Numbered from the stretch's first letter, positions 42,636 to 56,935 are shown. The stretch: 64,000 nucleotides of DNA from Octopus vulgaris (GCA_951406725.2 OX597833.1:6448001-6512000); one strand, 5' to 3'. Made by a program: numbers and translations. Notes: a model not told the origin generated them from the letters alone.

Positions 42636-43837
42636 TTTCCAAAAAGTACCTTGCTTTTTACTTGCTGTTTCGCTTATTTCTATAACAATACATTTTACTT
42701 AGTGTAGCATTCCACCCTGAGATAGAATGAAAAAATGAGAAGGATTATTTCATTTTATCTCAATTCACTATGGAGACGAATGGAAGCATTTCATTTGTAA
42801 GGTACGGGTGCACGATATGTCGAAACAATCAATCATAGTGGTTCTGAATAAAGACTGTCTTGAATTCCATTTTCTGTCTCATCTTTTTCATATAAGCTCT
42901 ACGGACACAGAGGAATTCCTGAGGTGTATCCTGTGGCATGTACCTTTATACTGTTCTGACATCGGGTTGTTGAATAATGCCAAACATTTGGCTTTATTCA
43001 AGGATATTTAGATCAAATGTCGAGGATGAAAACGCCGAACGATCATTTTTGATCTATACCCGCTGAATCAGGTACCGCTTCTAGCAACCTTGGATAGTTC
43101 CCATTTGCACTTCAAGCCAGAGTTTTAATGCTAAACCGATCTAAACACTCACTGTATATATCCATTAATATATACTAGTGTCTCTCTTAAACATATATAC
43201 ATACACACACACACACACACACACAATACATGTACAGATATACATACACACATACATGCATATATTACTGTCTTTATAAACATCTAGAATACTATACGCC
43301 GGACAGATAGTTCTGACAGCCGTACAAAAGACTCACTAAAACCAGAATGTATCCCCGTCTTTAAAAATAAAGAATATTAGTGGAATGTTCTAATAAAACA
43401 GCGACCTGGTGTAAACATAATGGGCCAAATATGGTTGTAGGAGACAAGGAACAAAAGTCTGTTTTGTTGTAGAGATCAGGAGTTCGGCAGATATGAATGT
43501 CTTGTCAAAAGTTGGAGAAAAGTGAACATCTAGGAAGAATTAATAAGAAACCTACGGATCATATATACAAGCCGCAGATTTTTATTCCTACAAATCTTCA
43601 TGGGCACATGCACACACACACACACACACACACATACATACATACAGATGTACACACGCACACACACACACACATATATACACGCGCGCGCTTACATGAG
43701 CACAGAGGTGTAAAACAAGGAAGGGAAAATAGTACTCATATACCAAAGGCAGAGCAACATACTATTTCATTAATTCCGAAAGAAACCTTATTATCAACTG
43801 TAGCGCAGAGTTTCACCTAACTGACCATTATATAGAA

Positions 43838-44231
43838 CTAACAGTATCGCCCGGCGTTGCTCGGGTTTGTAAGGGAAATAACTATATAAGCATTTTTATA
43901 GATGTAAAGTATAATAGCCATCTCAATATGGCTAACCACAAAGTGGGGTGTTACTGTATTTTTTACGTTCTGAGATTTAATAATACATTTTTAGAGAGTT
44001 ACTTCCCTTATATAATAGCAAAAAAATGCATTAAAAATGGGAAAAAATTATGGTAATTTTTTTTTTAAATCGTAGACTCATCGTAGACGCGCGCTAATAC
44101 CCAGAAGTGCTCGATATGAATCACGACTATAAGATACCCGGTTTTGGTTAAACTGCACCGCAAAATGTGGGAGTAGTTAGGAATCTAAATCGTAGGAGAC
44201 AGACACACAACTTCACTTTTATACATAAAGA
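43838..44231 (-). mobile_element. Non-autonomous Helitron-like element
   Basis: Minus strand A|TCTTTATGTATAAAAG... ends with hairpin CCCGAGCAACGCCGGG ~10 nt before TTAG|T (variant of CTAG); inserted at an A|T site with no TSD. Confidence 0.75.
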
Positions 44232-44232
44232 T

Positions 44233-44265
<33 letters not shown>

Positions 44266-44620
44266 ATTCAGCAGTGCTATCAAAGCCGTTCACCTGATGG
44301 CGTGCTGGTACACGCCTGCTTCTAAATCATAATTATTCATGTAATTTTTATATAATAGTATGATATGGATAACTCAGGTACTAACATGTGTTACCATTGC
44401 ACGGAAACAATTGTTGTGATTTTTGATTAGACCTTGTTCACTCTCTTATTGTTTTATAAATTTCTTATACAAATTCTGCATGCAGCTACGGAGTCTCACA
44501 TGTATATATTCAGGAAGAGGAATAATCCTATTCTATGATGTCATATGATAGCCGGTAACCGTTTTGGAGCTTAGGAATGCACGTTACGAGGTCATTTACG
44601 CAGATGATATTACATATACC

Positions 44621-44782
44621 TGAGTTCAAATTCTGCCGAGGTCGACTTTGCCTTTCATCCTTTCGGGGTCGATAAATTAAGTACCAGTTACGCACTGGGG
44701 TCGATGTAATCGACTTAATCCGTTTGTATGTCCTTGTTTGTCCCCTCTGTGTTTAGCCCCTTGTGAGTAGTAAAGAAATAGG
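44621..44782 (+). mobile_element. SINE family A, 5'-truncated, 13-bp TSD
   Basis: TATTACATATACC (44608-20) / TATTATATATACC (44783-95). Confidence 0.9.
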
Positions 44783-44793
44783 TATTATATATA

Positions 44794-44950
44794 CCGTATT
44801 TAACGTGTATAAGGAACTCTTTTTCGTCAAAAATAAGGTTTAAAAAATATAGGAGTTTCTTATACATGGATAGTATTATAATCCCTTAACCATTTTCCCA
44901 AATTTTAAGCCCCTAAAATTAGGGGGTTCCTTATACATGTTAAAATATGG
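44794..44950. mobile_element. MITE (Tc1/mariner-pogo type), TA target
   Basis: TIRs CCGTATTTAACGTGTATAAGGAAC / GTTCCTTATACATGTTAAAATATGG flanked by TA. Confidence 0.75.
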
Positions 44951-45578
44951 TATGTGTGTATGTCTATAGATGTATGAATGTGGTATGTTATCAACATTGC
45001 CACCAAAACCACGGAGTTACGTCACATCGAAACCAGGACCACTAGAAATTTCCAGAGATTCCATAATTCCTGTCATGACAGCTTTCTCACATCATTCTAC
45101 TTAAGCTTGTTGTCATTATTCGTGTCATTCTTCTTGTTAATGTTGTTGTTGTGCTCGTTACCGTTATTGCAGCATTCGTCCCTTGTATTGTTGTTGTAAT
45201 TCTTATTCTTGTTATTTTTGCCTTTGTCCTTATCTTTCGCTGCTGTTCTTCTTATTATTATTATAGTTGTAGTCGTTATCTTTATTATTAATATTCTTAT
45301 TACTGAGTTTGTCAATTGTTGCAGTTGTTTTTGTTTCTTGTTTGATTGTTGTTGTCGCTTCTTCTGTGGTCGTTCTTGTTTTAATCCTTATCATTGCCAT
45401 CGTCAGGATTATCATTATGATTATCGTTGTTGCTGTTGTTGTTGTTATTGCTAAGCTGTCAACGGTTGTTTATGCTTCTGTTGATGTGGTGGTTGCTTTA
45501 CCCATCAAATTTGACATCTCAACCGATGTTGCATCTCGTCAACCAATTCATTATGACCTTTTTTTATATACGTTTATC

Positions 45579-45581
<3 letters not shown>

Positions 45582-45618
<37 letters not shown>

Positions 45619-46125
45619 AATGCTTATGTGTGTGTGTATGAATGCTTATGTGTGTGTGTGTATGAGTGTTTATGTGAGTGTGTGTGTGTATGAATGCTTA
45701 TGTGTGTGTGTGTATGAGTGTTTATGTGAGTGTGTGTGTGTGTATGAATGCTTATGTGTGTGTGTGTGAGTGTATGTGTGTGTATGAATGCTTATGTGTG
45801 TGTGTGTATGAGTGTTTATGTGAGTGTGTGTGTGTATGAATGCTTATGTGTGTGTGTGTATGAGTGTTTATGTGAGTGTGTGTGTGTATGAATGCTTATG
45901 TGTGTGTGTGTATGAGTGTTTATGTGAGTGTGTGTGTGTGTATGAATGCTTATGTGTGTGTGTGTGAGTGTGTGTGTGTGTATGAATGCTTATGTGTGTG
46001 TGTGTATGAGTGTTTATGTGAGTGTGTGTGTGTGTATGAATGCTTATATGTGTGTGTATGAGTGTTTATGTGAGTGTGTGTGTGTATGAATGCTTATGTG
46101 TGTGTGTGTGTGTGTGTGTGTGTTA
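45582..46125. repeat. Compound minisatellite (TG)n-TATGAATGCTTA-(TG)n-TATGAGTGTTTATGTGAG, ~46-bp unit
   Basis: Directly visible alternation. Confidence 0.9.
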
Positions 46126-46220
46126 TATGTGTATGTACGAATGGTGTGCTTGTATGTAATTGTGCCTACCAGCATGTGTGTGTGAATATTAATTTGTATT
46201 CTAATAAATATTTATTAAAA

Positions 46221-46445
46221 TCTCTGTGGCACTCCGTCGCTTACGACGATGAGGGTTCCAGTTGATTCGATCAACGGAACACAGTCTGCTCGGGAAATTA
46301 ATGAGCAAGTGGCTGAGTACTCCACAGACATGCGTAAGCTTAACATAGTTCTCAGGGAGAATCAACGTGACACAGAATTTGACAAAGCTGGCCCTTTTGA
46401 ATTACTGGGGGACAACTTATCATTCTATGGTTTGTCCAGCTGACC
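46221..46445. mobile_element. Structured interspersed-repeat fragment (probable SINE 3' part, minus orientation)
   Basis: Multiple hairpins are visible; family assignment is from recollection of octopus repeats and is not verified. Confidence 0.4.
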
Positions 46446-46543
46446 CTCAGCTCGGCTGTGTCATTTGTTCTTCGAGTCCAGCTCCCACACCCATACAGTG
46501 CCTAAATCAAACAAGTGTCATCAGAAGCTTTATCTGATGAGTT

Positions 46544-46895
46544 CTACCTACCCACCTACCTACCTTACCTACCTACCTACCTACAAACCTACCTACCAAC
46601 CAACCTGCCTACCTACCTACATACCTACCTACCTACCTACCTACCTACCAACCTGCCTACCTACCTACCTACCTACAAACCTACCTACCAACCAACCTGC
46701 CTACCTACCTACCTACCTACAAACCTACCTACAAACCTACCTATCAACAAACCTACCTACAAACCTACCTACCAACCAACCAACCTGCCTACCTGCCTAC
46801 CTACCTACCTACCTACCTACCAACCAACCTGCCTACCTACAAACCTACCTACCTACCTACCTACCTACCTACCTACCTACCTACCTACCTACCTA
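46544..46895. repeat. (CCTA)n microsatellite
   Basis: Directly visible. Confidence 0.95.
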
Positions 46896-47714
46896 TCTAA
46901 TTATCTGAATGCCTACCTGCCTGTCTCTCTCTCTATCCATCTTGAGTGATTTCAAAGACGATTTTGATGCCCCGTGTCCCGTTCCCTTTCCATGGCCTTC
47001 GTCTCCTGTTCCCGTATCTGTGCCTGGACTGGCACTTTTTTTATCGACCCCATGAGGATGCAAGAAGCGGCTGACCTTGGCAGGTTTTGAGCTCGGAGCA
47101 CACACGATCAAAATCAGAACAAACACATCGAGGCATTCGACTCTCGTACGATCGAACGATTCTGTCAGTCCGCTGGTGGCGTGAGGTGGCGGCGGTGGGG
47201 GGGGGAGACGCTATGGTGGTTGATGTCAGGTGCAGAGGGCGGTGGTGAGATGTGAGATAATGATCAGTGTATAAGGACGGTAGTGGTGGTGGTGTGAGGA
47301 TGGAATACGATGGCGGTTGATGCGATGTAAAAACGGTGGTGGTGGGAGGAGGGGGACTGATTAATGATTCTGATGTTAAATCGAGTTGATTTGATAACAT
47401 TGTGACAGTAATGTGCTGCAGAAATGACACAAACTTAATATGGGTAGGCATTACACATTCATATATATATACACACATACACACACGCATATATATCTAT
47501 TATGTATTTATGCAAATCTGTATGGATCTATATATGCATATACTAAGTATAAACATATATACATATATAAACATACATATATATATATATATATATATGT
47601 ATATACATACTTATATATACATGTTCATGTATACATATATATATATATACATACATACATATACATGTATATATATATATACATATATATATACATGTTC
47701 ATGTATATATATAT

Positions 47715-47748
<34 letters not shown>

Positions 47749-47904
47749 CATATATGTGATTATACACACACACACGTTTGTAACAAATACCAGGAAGGTG
47801 GATGTTAGTCTATATACACTCTTCGTTTTGTGTTTAGACCTCAAAATACCAGGTGGTAGCCGTGGGGGTAGCAAGCAGATTGCATCATATAAATATACAT
47901 AAGT

Positions 47905-47967
<63 letters not shown>

Positions 47968-50303
47968 TATATATGTGTGTGTGTGTATATATGTATGTAT
48001 GTGTGTACTTATTGATGTGTATGCGAGGCAGATGCATTACGGAAACATTAGTGACTTTTAATTGAATTAGGTGAAGCTTTGGTTCCACTGCACAAGCTAT
48101 CAATGTATTCGGTTCGTGTTGTGTATAAAATTGACTTTATAATAATCAACGTGACATTTCAATAATGTTGTATGGTTACCTGTGAATGGGAATACCTATA
48201 CACAGACCTACATGCCTGTATAGAGCAAACCTCACCCCCACACACACACGTATATCTATATACATACACTGATACATAGTTACACATGTGCAGATAAATA
48301 AACAAAAGCTAATACAAGTACCCCACCCTATATACACACACACACATATATATATGCATACCATATATATATACATACCATATATATATACATAATACAT
48401 ATACATATAAACATACTATATATACATACTATATATATGTACATAATATATATATATACATACTATATATACATATATACATACTATATATACATATATA
48501 CATACTATATATACATATATACATACTATATATATATATATACATATATACATACTATATATACATATATACATACATACATACTATATATACATATATA
48601 CATACTATATATACATATATACATACTATATATACATATATACATACTATATATATGTATATATATATATATGCATACTATATATATACAATATATATAT
48701 AATAGAGAAAGAGAATATACACTCACATGCATATACACATACATACATCTGTACATATATGCATACAAGCATATATACACAATCACACACCCCTACATAT
48801 ATATAAGCACATCTATAAATCAATATATATCTATACATGTATGTGAATATCTGCCTATATCTATATATCCATCTATGTATATATATATATATGTGTGTGT
48901 GTATGTATACATATATACATGCATATGTTCATACACATGCATATATATATATGTATGTGTGTATGTATGCATAAAAGAATGATTATTGCTCTGAATACAT
49001 TTCGCAGGGCATTGTTTACATATTTAATTATTATTTCTATAGAAATTATTTTATAAATTACTCTCAGTTTATTTACGAACCGCACTTGTAGTGCGTACGT
49101 ATAGGCATGGATGCATATACGCATACATCAATGTTAATGCTAATGTGTAGAGGCGCAACTGCTGAAGTGTACACACACACACACACACACACACAATGCC
49201 AAAACAAACACGAAAATGCCAAACAAATACGCACATCTATAACACCACTCATAAAAAAACATACGGGCTCGCATGTATATATATACATACATACATACAT
49301 ACATACATATACATATACATACACATATATACATATACATACATATATATATACACATATACATATATATATACATACATATACATATATATATACATAC
49401 ATATACATATATATATACATACATATACATACATATATATATACATACATACATATATACATACATATACACATATACGTACATATATACATACATATAC
49501 ACATATACATACATATATACATACATATATACATATACATACATATATACATACATATACACATATACATACATATATACATACATATATACATACATAT
49601 ATACATATACATACATATATACATACACATACATATATACATACACATACATATATACATACACATACATATATACATACACACACATATATATATACAT
49701 TCATATATACATACATAAATATATATGTATACATATATACATACATATGCATACATATATACATACACATATAAATATTTATATATATATATATATATTT
49801 ACGTATGTATATATATATACATACTATATATATACGCACACACACATGTACGCTCGTAGACATCCACTCACAAACGTAGAACTGCACAATGAGGCAAAGA
49901 GATATATATACCCAGATATGCATAGAAACACTCAGAGACAGAATCGCGCAGAGCTTCATTTTTATATTAATTAGTTGTCTTTGTTAATGACAAATGGGAT
50001 GCAATAAATAGGCAATATTACTGATAATACACGATCAAATGACATTGTTTATATATATCATTTATATAGTATAATTATCCAAACACACACCCACAAACAC
50101 ATTTTATAGGTCACGATGCAGTAAACAGCAGAATATTTTATGCTCGCCATTTTGTTGCAGAGTATAATTTTGAAGATTGTTTCAGTACTTATGGCATCAT
50201 CAGAACTGATAGTTGCATTTATTAGTTACAGAAGTAGCCAACGTTGATGGTAGTGATGATAACGATGATGATGGTAATTGGTTCTGCCCTGAAGAAGTAC
50301 CAA

Positions 50304-50741
50304 TGCCCTGATGCAATATCAGACAGTGGCTTTCATGGCTTCTGATCTTAGCTGATTGGAAGTGTTATCACGTACATTGTTTTGTCTTGGTATAAAAGAT
50401 GGGCTACAGCAAATATTCTGTTCAGATTTGCTTTTCAGTTGTTTGACCTTAACCAGTTGACCATGTCCCTTGGTGGCTGATGATATGTGCATCTCTGATC
50501 ACGAGTAGAAGTGGTGAGGGAGCATCATAGCCATGTGTTGAGAGGGATTTTTTGGGGTTTGAATAATTCACCTCTGGAAACATGGGTGGTTCGTTCAACA
50601 TCCTTAAACAACCCTTATTCAGGTTCCTTTTGAGCGAGATGCAAGGTCATGCACTATATATCTTGATATGAGATCACCATATCACACACATATGGTTGTA
50701 ATGCATGTGCCTGATATACCCTTATCAGACGGGTAGTTCGT
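50304..50741 (+). mobile_element. Repeat family D copy (inverted relative to 52521-53500)
   Basis: TGCCCTGATGCA...CCCTTATCAGACGGGTAG is the reverse complement of ~53015-53497. Confidence 0.85.
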
Positions 50742-50885
50742 ACCAGTCATGAGGCCAAACATCCTTGAAGGTTTCATCCGAATCCATCCAGCGGTTCTTG
50801 AGATATCTTCTCCACGGACAAACAAACAAATAAACAAACAAACATGGCTGAAACAATACTTCCGCCTTCGCTCAGGCGGAGTTAA
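50742..50885 (-). mobile_element. Helentron/HINE (DINE-1-like) fragment
   Basis: Minus strand TTAACTCCGCC-TGAGCGAA-GGCGGAAG terminal hairpin, (GTTT)n, then GATATCTCAAGAACCGCTGGATGGATTCGGATGAAA core. Confidence 0.6.
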
Positions 50886-51252
50886 CAAACGGCTAAACAC
50901 AAATCGAGAAACACTTATACATATATATTCACAAGTGTTCAAATGCTAATAATTATGCCAAGATATGTACAGTGAATAATATATCATACGTAATAAATTT
51001 TGTAATAATTTCAGATGATGGTGATAACTGTGTCGTAGTATGTTCCTGATATCTGTCCCTTATGGCATATATTATACTCAGCCATCCTCTTATCGTTCGG
51101 TTGTACGTTTTTCTGTGTAATATTTATGTGTGTTTATGCGTTTACGGTTACGGTAAGCGTGCATATAGGATAATAAGCATTTGCATATTTCTATGAAAGA
51201 TATCATTGTACATAGTTACATACTTACTCATATACATACTTACATACATACG

Positions 51253-51288
<36 letters not shown>

Positions 51289-51349
51289 TACATACATACA
51301 TATGTGTGTGCATGTACGTGTGTGTGTGATTTGAAAGATGCTAGCTGTT

Positions 51350-51381
<32 letters not shown>

Positions 51382-52166
51382 ATGAATGAATGTATATATG
51401 CATGTATAGCATGTATATATCGTATGTATGTGTGTGTATATATATATGTGTGTATTTTGCTATAACACTATAATAACTATGTATGCTTAATATACGTATA
51501 TGTATGCATGTATGTATACATATATATGTAAATACACACACACACACACACACAGATATATATATAGGCATGTATATATGTGTATATAAATAAATATGTA
51601 TTGATAGATATATTGATACATACATACATACATACATACATACATACATACATACATACATAAAGTGTCCATATTTATTTCTTCACATTTTATATGAACA
51701 TATATATATATATATATATATTTATTTATATCCATAAACTTTTATTCGCCCGAGTATTCTTCGCCGAAAGTAGAATATATTGCGTTCCATATTAAATTAT
51801 CCGATACATTACGTATTTTTGCATCTTATTCGCGGTTATTAAAAAATTTTGTTGCAAAACGATTTTCACTTCCAGTTCTACTCACGTTTAACACTTGCAA
51901 CGCTTATTCCTTTCTTTCATTCTTTCTTTCTTTCTTCTTCATCTGCTCCGCCTCTACTTTTTCCGTCTCGACCCCCCTCACCCCCTTCCCTTCCTCCACC
52001 ACCTCTTCACCATTCTCCTCCGCCTCCTTCTCCCCCCTCCTCCACCTCGATACCTGTTGCTTGTCACTTGTCTGAGTACTAAATTCTGCAGCAGGTCATT
52101 CGGAGCGAAAAATACTGAAAATTCCAAACTGATCAAATACCCCAAAACTCAGGCACTCACGCACGC

Positions 52167-52206
<40 letters not shown>

Positions 52207-52487
52207 ATGTATGTATGTATGTATGTATGTATGTATGTATGTATGTATGTATGTATGTATAAAACGTAATATGATATTTCAAGGCGTGGTACAAAATCTG
52301 AGATCGTGAGATGAGGTTTCGGAACATCTTAGCAACATTTCGTCCATTTTAACACTTTTTTTTAGTTCCTTCAAAGATCGATTACCTTCAAATTCCTTCA
52401 AAGATCGATTACCAGTGTGGCACTGGGGCCGATGTAATCGACTAGCTCCTTCTCATAACATTACTTGCCTAGCGCCAATTAGAAAGA

Positions 52488-52520
<33 letters not shown>

Positions 52521-52523
<3 letters not shown>

Positions 52524-53500
52524 GAGCGAGAGAGAAGTGTATGCCATCAAAGTGACACTGGGGTAAAATATACGAAGCCCAATATACCCATCATGACTAC
52601 CCGTCTGATATTCATCACAACCATATGTGCGCGACATGGTGATCTCATATCAAAATTAATAGTGCATGACCTTGCAGGTGGGGTCCAGTTAGAATTTTGT
52701 TCAAGTCGAGTAGCCCATTCCGCTCAAAAGGTCCCTGAATAAGGATTGTTTAAGGATGTTGAACAAAACACCCATGTTTTCAGAGGCGAATTATTCAAAC
52801 CCCCAAGAATTCCTCTCAACACATGTCTATGATGCTCCCCCACTACCTCTGCTCGTGGTCAGAGATACATATATCGTCAGCCACTAAGGGACATGCTGAA
52901 CTGGTTAAGGTCAAGCAACTGACAAGCTTTATTATTATTATTGAATGAGAGAGCAGTGCATGTCTTCAAAGTGACACTGGGGTAAAAATCTACGAAGCTC
53001 AGTATACACATCATGACTACCCGTCTGATAAAGGTACACTAGGCACATGCATCACAACCATGTGTACGCGACATGGTGATCTCATATCAAGATAAACAGC
53101 ACATGACCTTGCAGGTGGGGCCCAGTTAGAATTTTCTTCCGGTCGAGTTGCCCGTCCCGCTCAAAAGGTCCCTGAATAAGGGTTGTTTAAGGATGTTGAA
53201 CGAAACACCCATATTTCCAGAGGTGAATTATTCATCCCCCCCCAAATCCCTCTCAACACATGGCTATGATTCTCTCCCACTACTTCTGCTCGTGATCAGA
53301 GATGCACATATCGTCAGCCACTAAAGGGACATGCTCAACTGGCTAAAGTCAAACAACTAACAAGTAAATCTGTGGTATTGAGCAGAATATTTGCTGTAGC
53401 CCATCTTTTATAGCAAGACAAAGCAATGTACATGATAACACTTCCAGTCAGTTAAGATCAGAAGCCATGAGAGCCACTGCCTAGTACTGCATCAGAGTAT
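52521..53500 (-). mobile_element. Repeat family D: two tandem copies (52521-52927 partial; 52941-53500 ~560 bp) bounded by (ATT)n
   Basis: Direct repeat starting TTGA(GC/AT)GAGAGAG..GTG..TG..TCAAAGTGACACTGGGGTAAAA; (ATT)n before, between and after. Orientation is inferred from the (AAT)n tail. Confidence 0.85.
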
Positions 53501-53544
53501 TCTTCTTATTATTATTAGTTCCCACCATGCTGTGGCATATATAG

Positions 53545-53584
<40 letters not shown>

Positions 53585-53695
53585 TGCTCGTATCTGTAGG
53601 GCGTGTATAAACAGTAAAGCTTGTCACTTCTTATCGTGTGTTCTTCAAATTTTAAAATTAATATTTACTCTTTGTGGACATGTTACAAATATTAT

Positions 53696-54145
53696 GTTCT
53701 GAAATTAGGTTCCATGTTCTAAAATCTCGTTTCACATCTTAAAATCTCGCAAAAGTTCTGAAATCTCATTTCACGCAAGAAAACTCATTTAACGTTCCGA
53801 AATCTCGTCTCAGGTTCTCAAATCTCGCCTCACATTCTTAAATCGTGATTTACTTTTGAAATCTCGTGTTACAACCTCATTTCTCGTCAAACATTAGCAA
53901 ATCACTTCTCTGATTCTAAATTTTTTTCTCAAATCTTGAATCACGTTTAGAAATATCGTCTTATGCTCTTAAATCTCTTCTCGCGTTCAGAAAGATATCG
54001 TTCAGATTTCACAAACCTTGTCTCTCATTTTGAAAGCTCGTCCCGCGTTGTGAAACCACTTCTCGTAATGTGAAATCAATTCTCATCTACTGAATTATCG
54101 TCTAAGTTTCCCAAATCTAGTCTCAGCTTCTGAAATCACGTGTGA
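53696..54145. repeat. Degenerate ~20-bp minisatellite, consensus GTTCTGAAATCTCGTTTCAC (~22 units)
   Basis: Recurrent AAATCTCG(T/C) core at ~19-20-bp spacing. Confidence 0.8.
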
Positions 54146-54589
54146 AGCAAAAGTGAAATTCGACAGATGATGCCACGTTAATTACTAGTATCAGTTAAAA
54201 ATCACAACTTTCCCGCCCCTTCCTCCGCCGTTCTACGGAGTCTTCTAACTTTTCCTCTTCAGACATATTTCTACACCGACATAGCCTAGCAATTATTCTC
54301 TCAAACAAACCGCCATTGATAGACTCACTACGTTTATAGTCACGCTCGTCTTTTACAGTCACGTATTTTCCATGTCTTTCAATCGTTGCCTTATAACTTA
54401 ATCCGTTTACGACAATAATCCTTTTTATCAAGTTTATAATCAAATCCCGTTTATAGTCACAAGAAAAAGAAGTAAATAAAAAAATTAAAGAAAGAAGGAA
54501 AGAAAGAAGGGCAAAAGAAAATGTACAACTGATGATGTGACTATATCCGAAGCCCCTTCTTTTTCTTCTTCTTATTAGTTATTAATACA

Positions 54590-55520
54590 ACTACTACTAC
54601 TACTGCCACCACCACCACCACCACTACTACTACTGCCACCACCACCACCACCACTACTACTACTGCCACCACCACCACCACCACCACTACTACTACCACC
54701 ACCACCACCACCACCACCACTACTACTACTGCCACCACCACCACCACCACTACTACTACTGCCACCACCACCACCACCACCACCACTACTACTACTGCCA
54801 CCACCACCACCACCACTACTACTACTGCCACCACCACCACTACTACTACTGCCACCACCACCACCACCACCACTACTACTACTGCCACCACCACCACCAC
54901 CACTACTGCCACCACCACCACCACCACCGCCACTACTACTACTGCAACCACCACCACCACCACTACTACTACTGCCACCACCACCGCCACCACCACCACT
55001 ACTACTACTGCCACCACCACCACCACCACTACTACTACTGCCACCACCACCACCACCACCACCACCACCACCACTACTACTACTGCCACCACCACCACCA
55101 CCACCACCACTACTACTACTGCCACCACCACCACCACTACCACTACTACTACTGCCACCACCACCACCACCACTACTACTACTGCCACCACCACCACCAC
55201 CACCACTACTACTACTGCCACCACCACCACCACCACCGCCACCACCACCACTACTACTACTGCCACCACCACCGCCACCACCACCACTACTACTACTGCC
55301 ACCACCACCGCCACCACCACCACTACTACTACTGCCACCACCACCACCACCACTACTACTACTGCCACCACCACCACCACCACCGCCACCACCACCACTA
55401 CTACTACTGCCACCACCACCACCACCACCACTACTACTACTGCCACCACCACCACCACTACTACTACTACTGCCACCACCACTACTACTACTACCACTGC
55501 CACCACTACTACTACTACTG

Positions 55521-55558
<38 letters not shown>
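54590..55558. repeat. GCC(ACC)n(ACT)4 higher-order trinucleotide array
   Basis: Directly visible. Confidence 0.95.
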
Positions 55559-56935
55559 GTTGTGGATATCGCATTGATGTTGATATATTATTGTTTTTTA
55601 ATAAAAGAAACCATCGCCAAATAATAATAACAATAACAATTATTGTTATTGTTATTTGGCTGCTGCCATATTGTTTTCTTTTTGGTTATCTTTTGATTTG
55701 CATCGGTTTCTGTCTCTTTAGTCTGGACACAATGATCGAAGATGAAGAAAACCGACAACAACAACAACAACGCTAAACATGTCACGCTTTGTCGTAGAAT
55801 CTTCAGGAATGACCCGAAGATTACAGAGAATGGTTACAGCTAAGACAAAGACTTTGTCTTGGCGTAGGCGATAGTGGTCGGGGTAATCGGTTTGGTGGTG
55901 GTGGTGCTGGTGGTGGTGGAATTGGGGTGGTGGTGGGGGGTAGTCGATTTAGTGGTGGTGGTGGTGGAATTGGGGTAGTGGTGGGGGTAGTCGATTTAGT
56001 GGTGGTGGTGATGGAATTGGGGTGATGGTGGGGGTAGTCGGTTTGGTGGTGGGGGTAGTCGGTTTGGTGGTGGTGGTGGTGGTGGTGGTGGTAGCGGTGG
56101 AATTGGTGGTGATAGTAGTGGTGGTAGTGCTGAAGGTGTTGGTGGTGACGTTGCGGTGGTGGTGTTGGTAGTGAGGGTGGTGCCTTGTTGTTGCTGATTT
56201 TGGTAGTGGTTGTTGGTGTTGTTGTTGTTGGTGGTGGTGGTGGTGGTAGTGCTCTCCCTGGGGCGGCACTGCTGTAGTGAGGTGTCACTTTAATAATACG
56301 AGCATATGTGCAGCGCGACCCGTGTGTGCCACTGCGTGTGCGCACTTAATTGCGTGTGTGCGTGTGTTTGTATATGTGTTTATGAATGTGTGTGCATACA
56401 TGCGTGTGTGTGTGTGTATGTGTGTGTGCCTGTGAGTGTATGAGTGTGCTAATGTAAGTGTGAGTGTTTGTTTCCGCGTGTAAGGGCATGAATGCACTTC
56501 TGTGTGTGTGTGTGTGTGTTTGTGTGCTTCGATGCGTGTATGTGCGTCTGTTCCTCTATATGTTGGTATGTGTATATTTGTCTATTTCGTTCTGTGTGTG
56601 TGTGTGTGTGTGTGTATGAATAAGTGTGTGCATATACATATATGTTTGTGTGTGTATGTGCATCTCTTTCTCTGTATATGGGATACGTGTGTATTTATCT
56701 GTGTGTGCATTTGTGTGTGTGTATGTGTGCGTATCTGCTTCAATTAGTATGTGCGTGTCTACGAGGGTGTATCTGTTGCTCTCTGTATGAGTCTGCGCGT
56801 GATTGTGTGTGTGTGTGTACGTGAGTGTGAGTTGGTTCCTTTGCTGTATGAGTACACATCGGCGTATCTGTTTCGATGTCTATCTGTGTATGTATACATG
56901 CGTGTACATTGTGTGCGTGTGTGTGTGTATGTGTG

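Noticed and set aside
46518-46541. TCATCAGA/TCTGATGA hairpin containing CTGATGA
   Set aside because: No helix II or GAAA follows; it runs straight into (CCTA)n.
53696-54145. CRISPR-like array (also 45582-46125)
   Set aside because: Contiguous degenerate units without unique spacers, eukaryotic context, no cas genes.
55588-55785. Signal-peptide-like ORF MTCLALLLLLSVFF
   Set aside because: Starts at GTG, the Leu run comes from a (TTG)n repeat, and it ends in (AAT)n-derived sequence.
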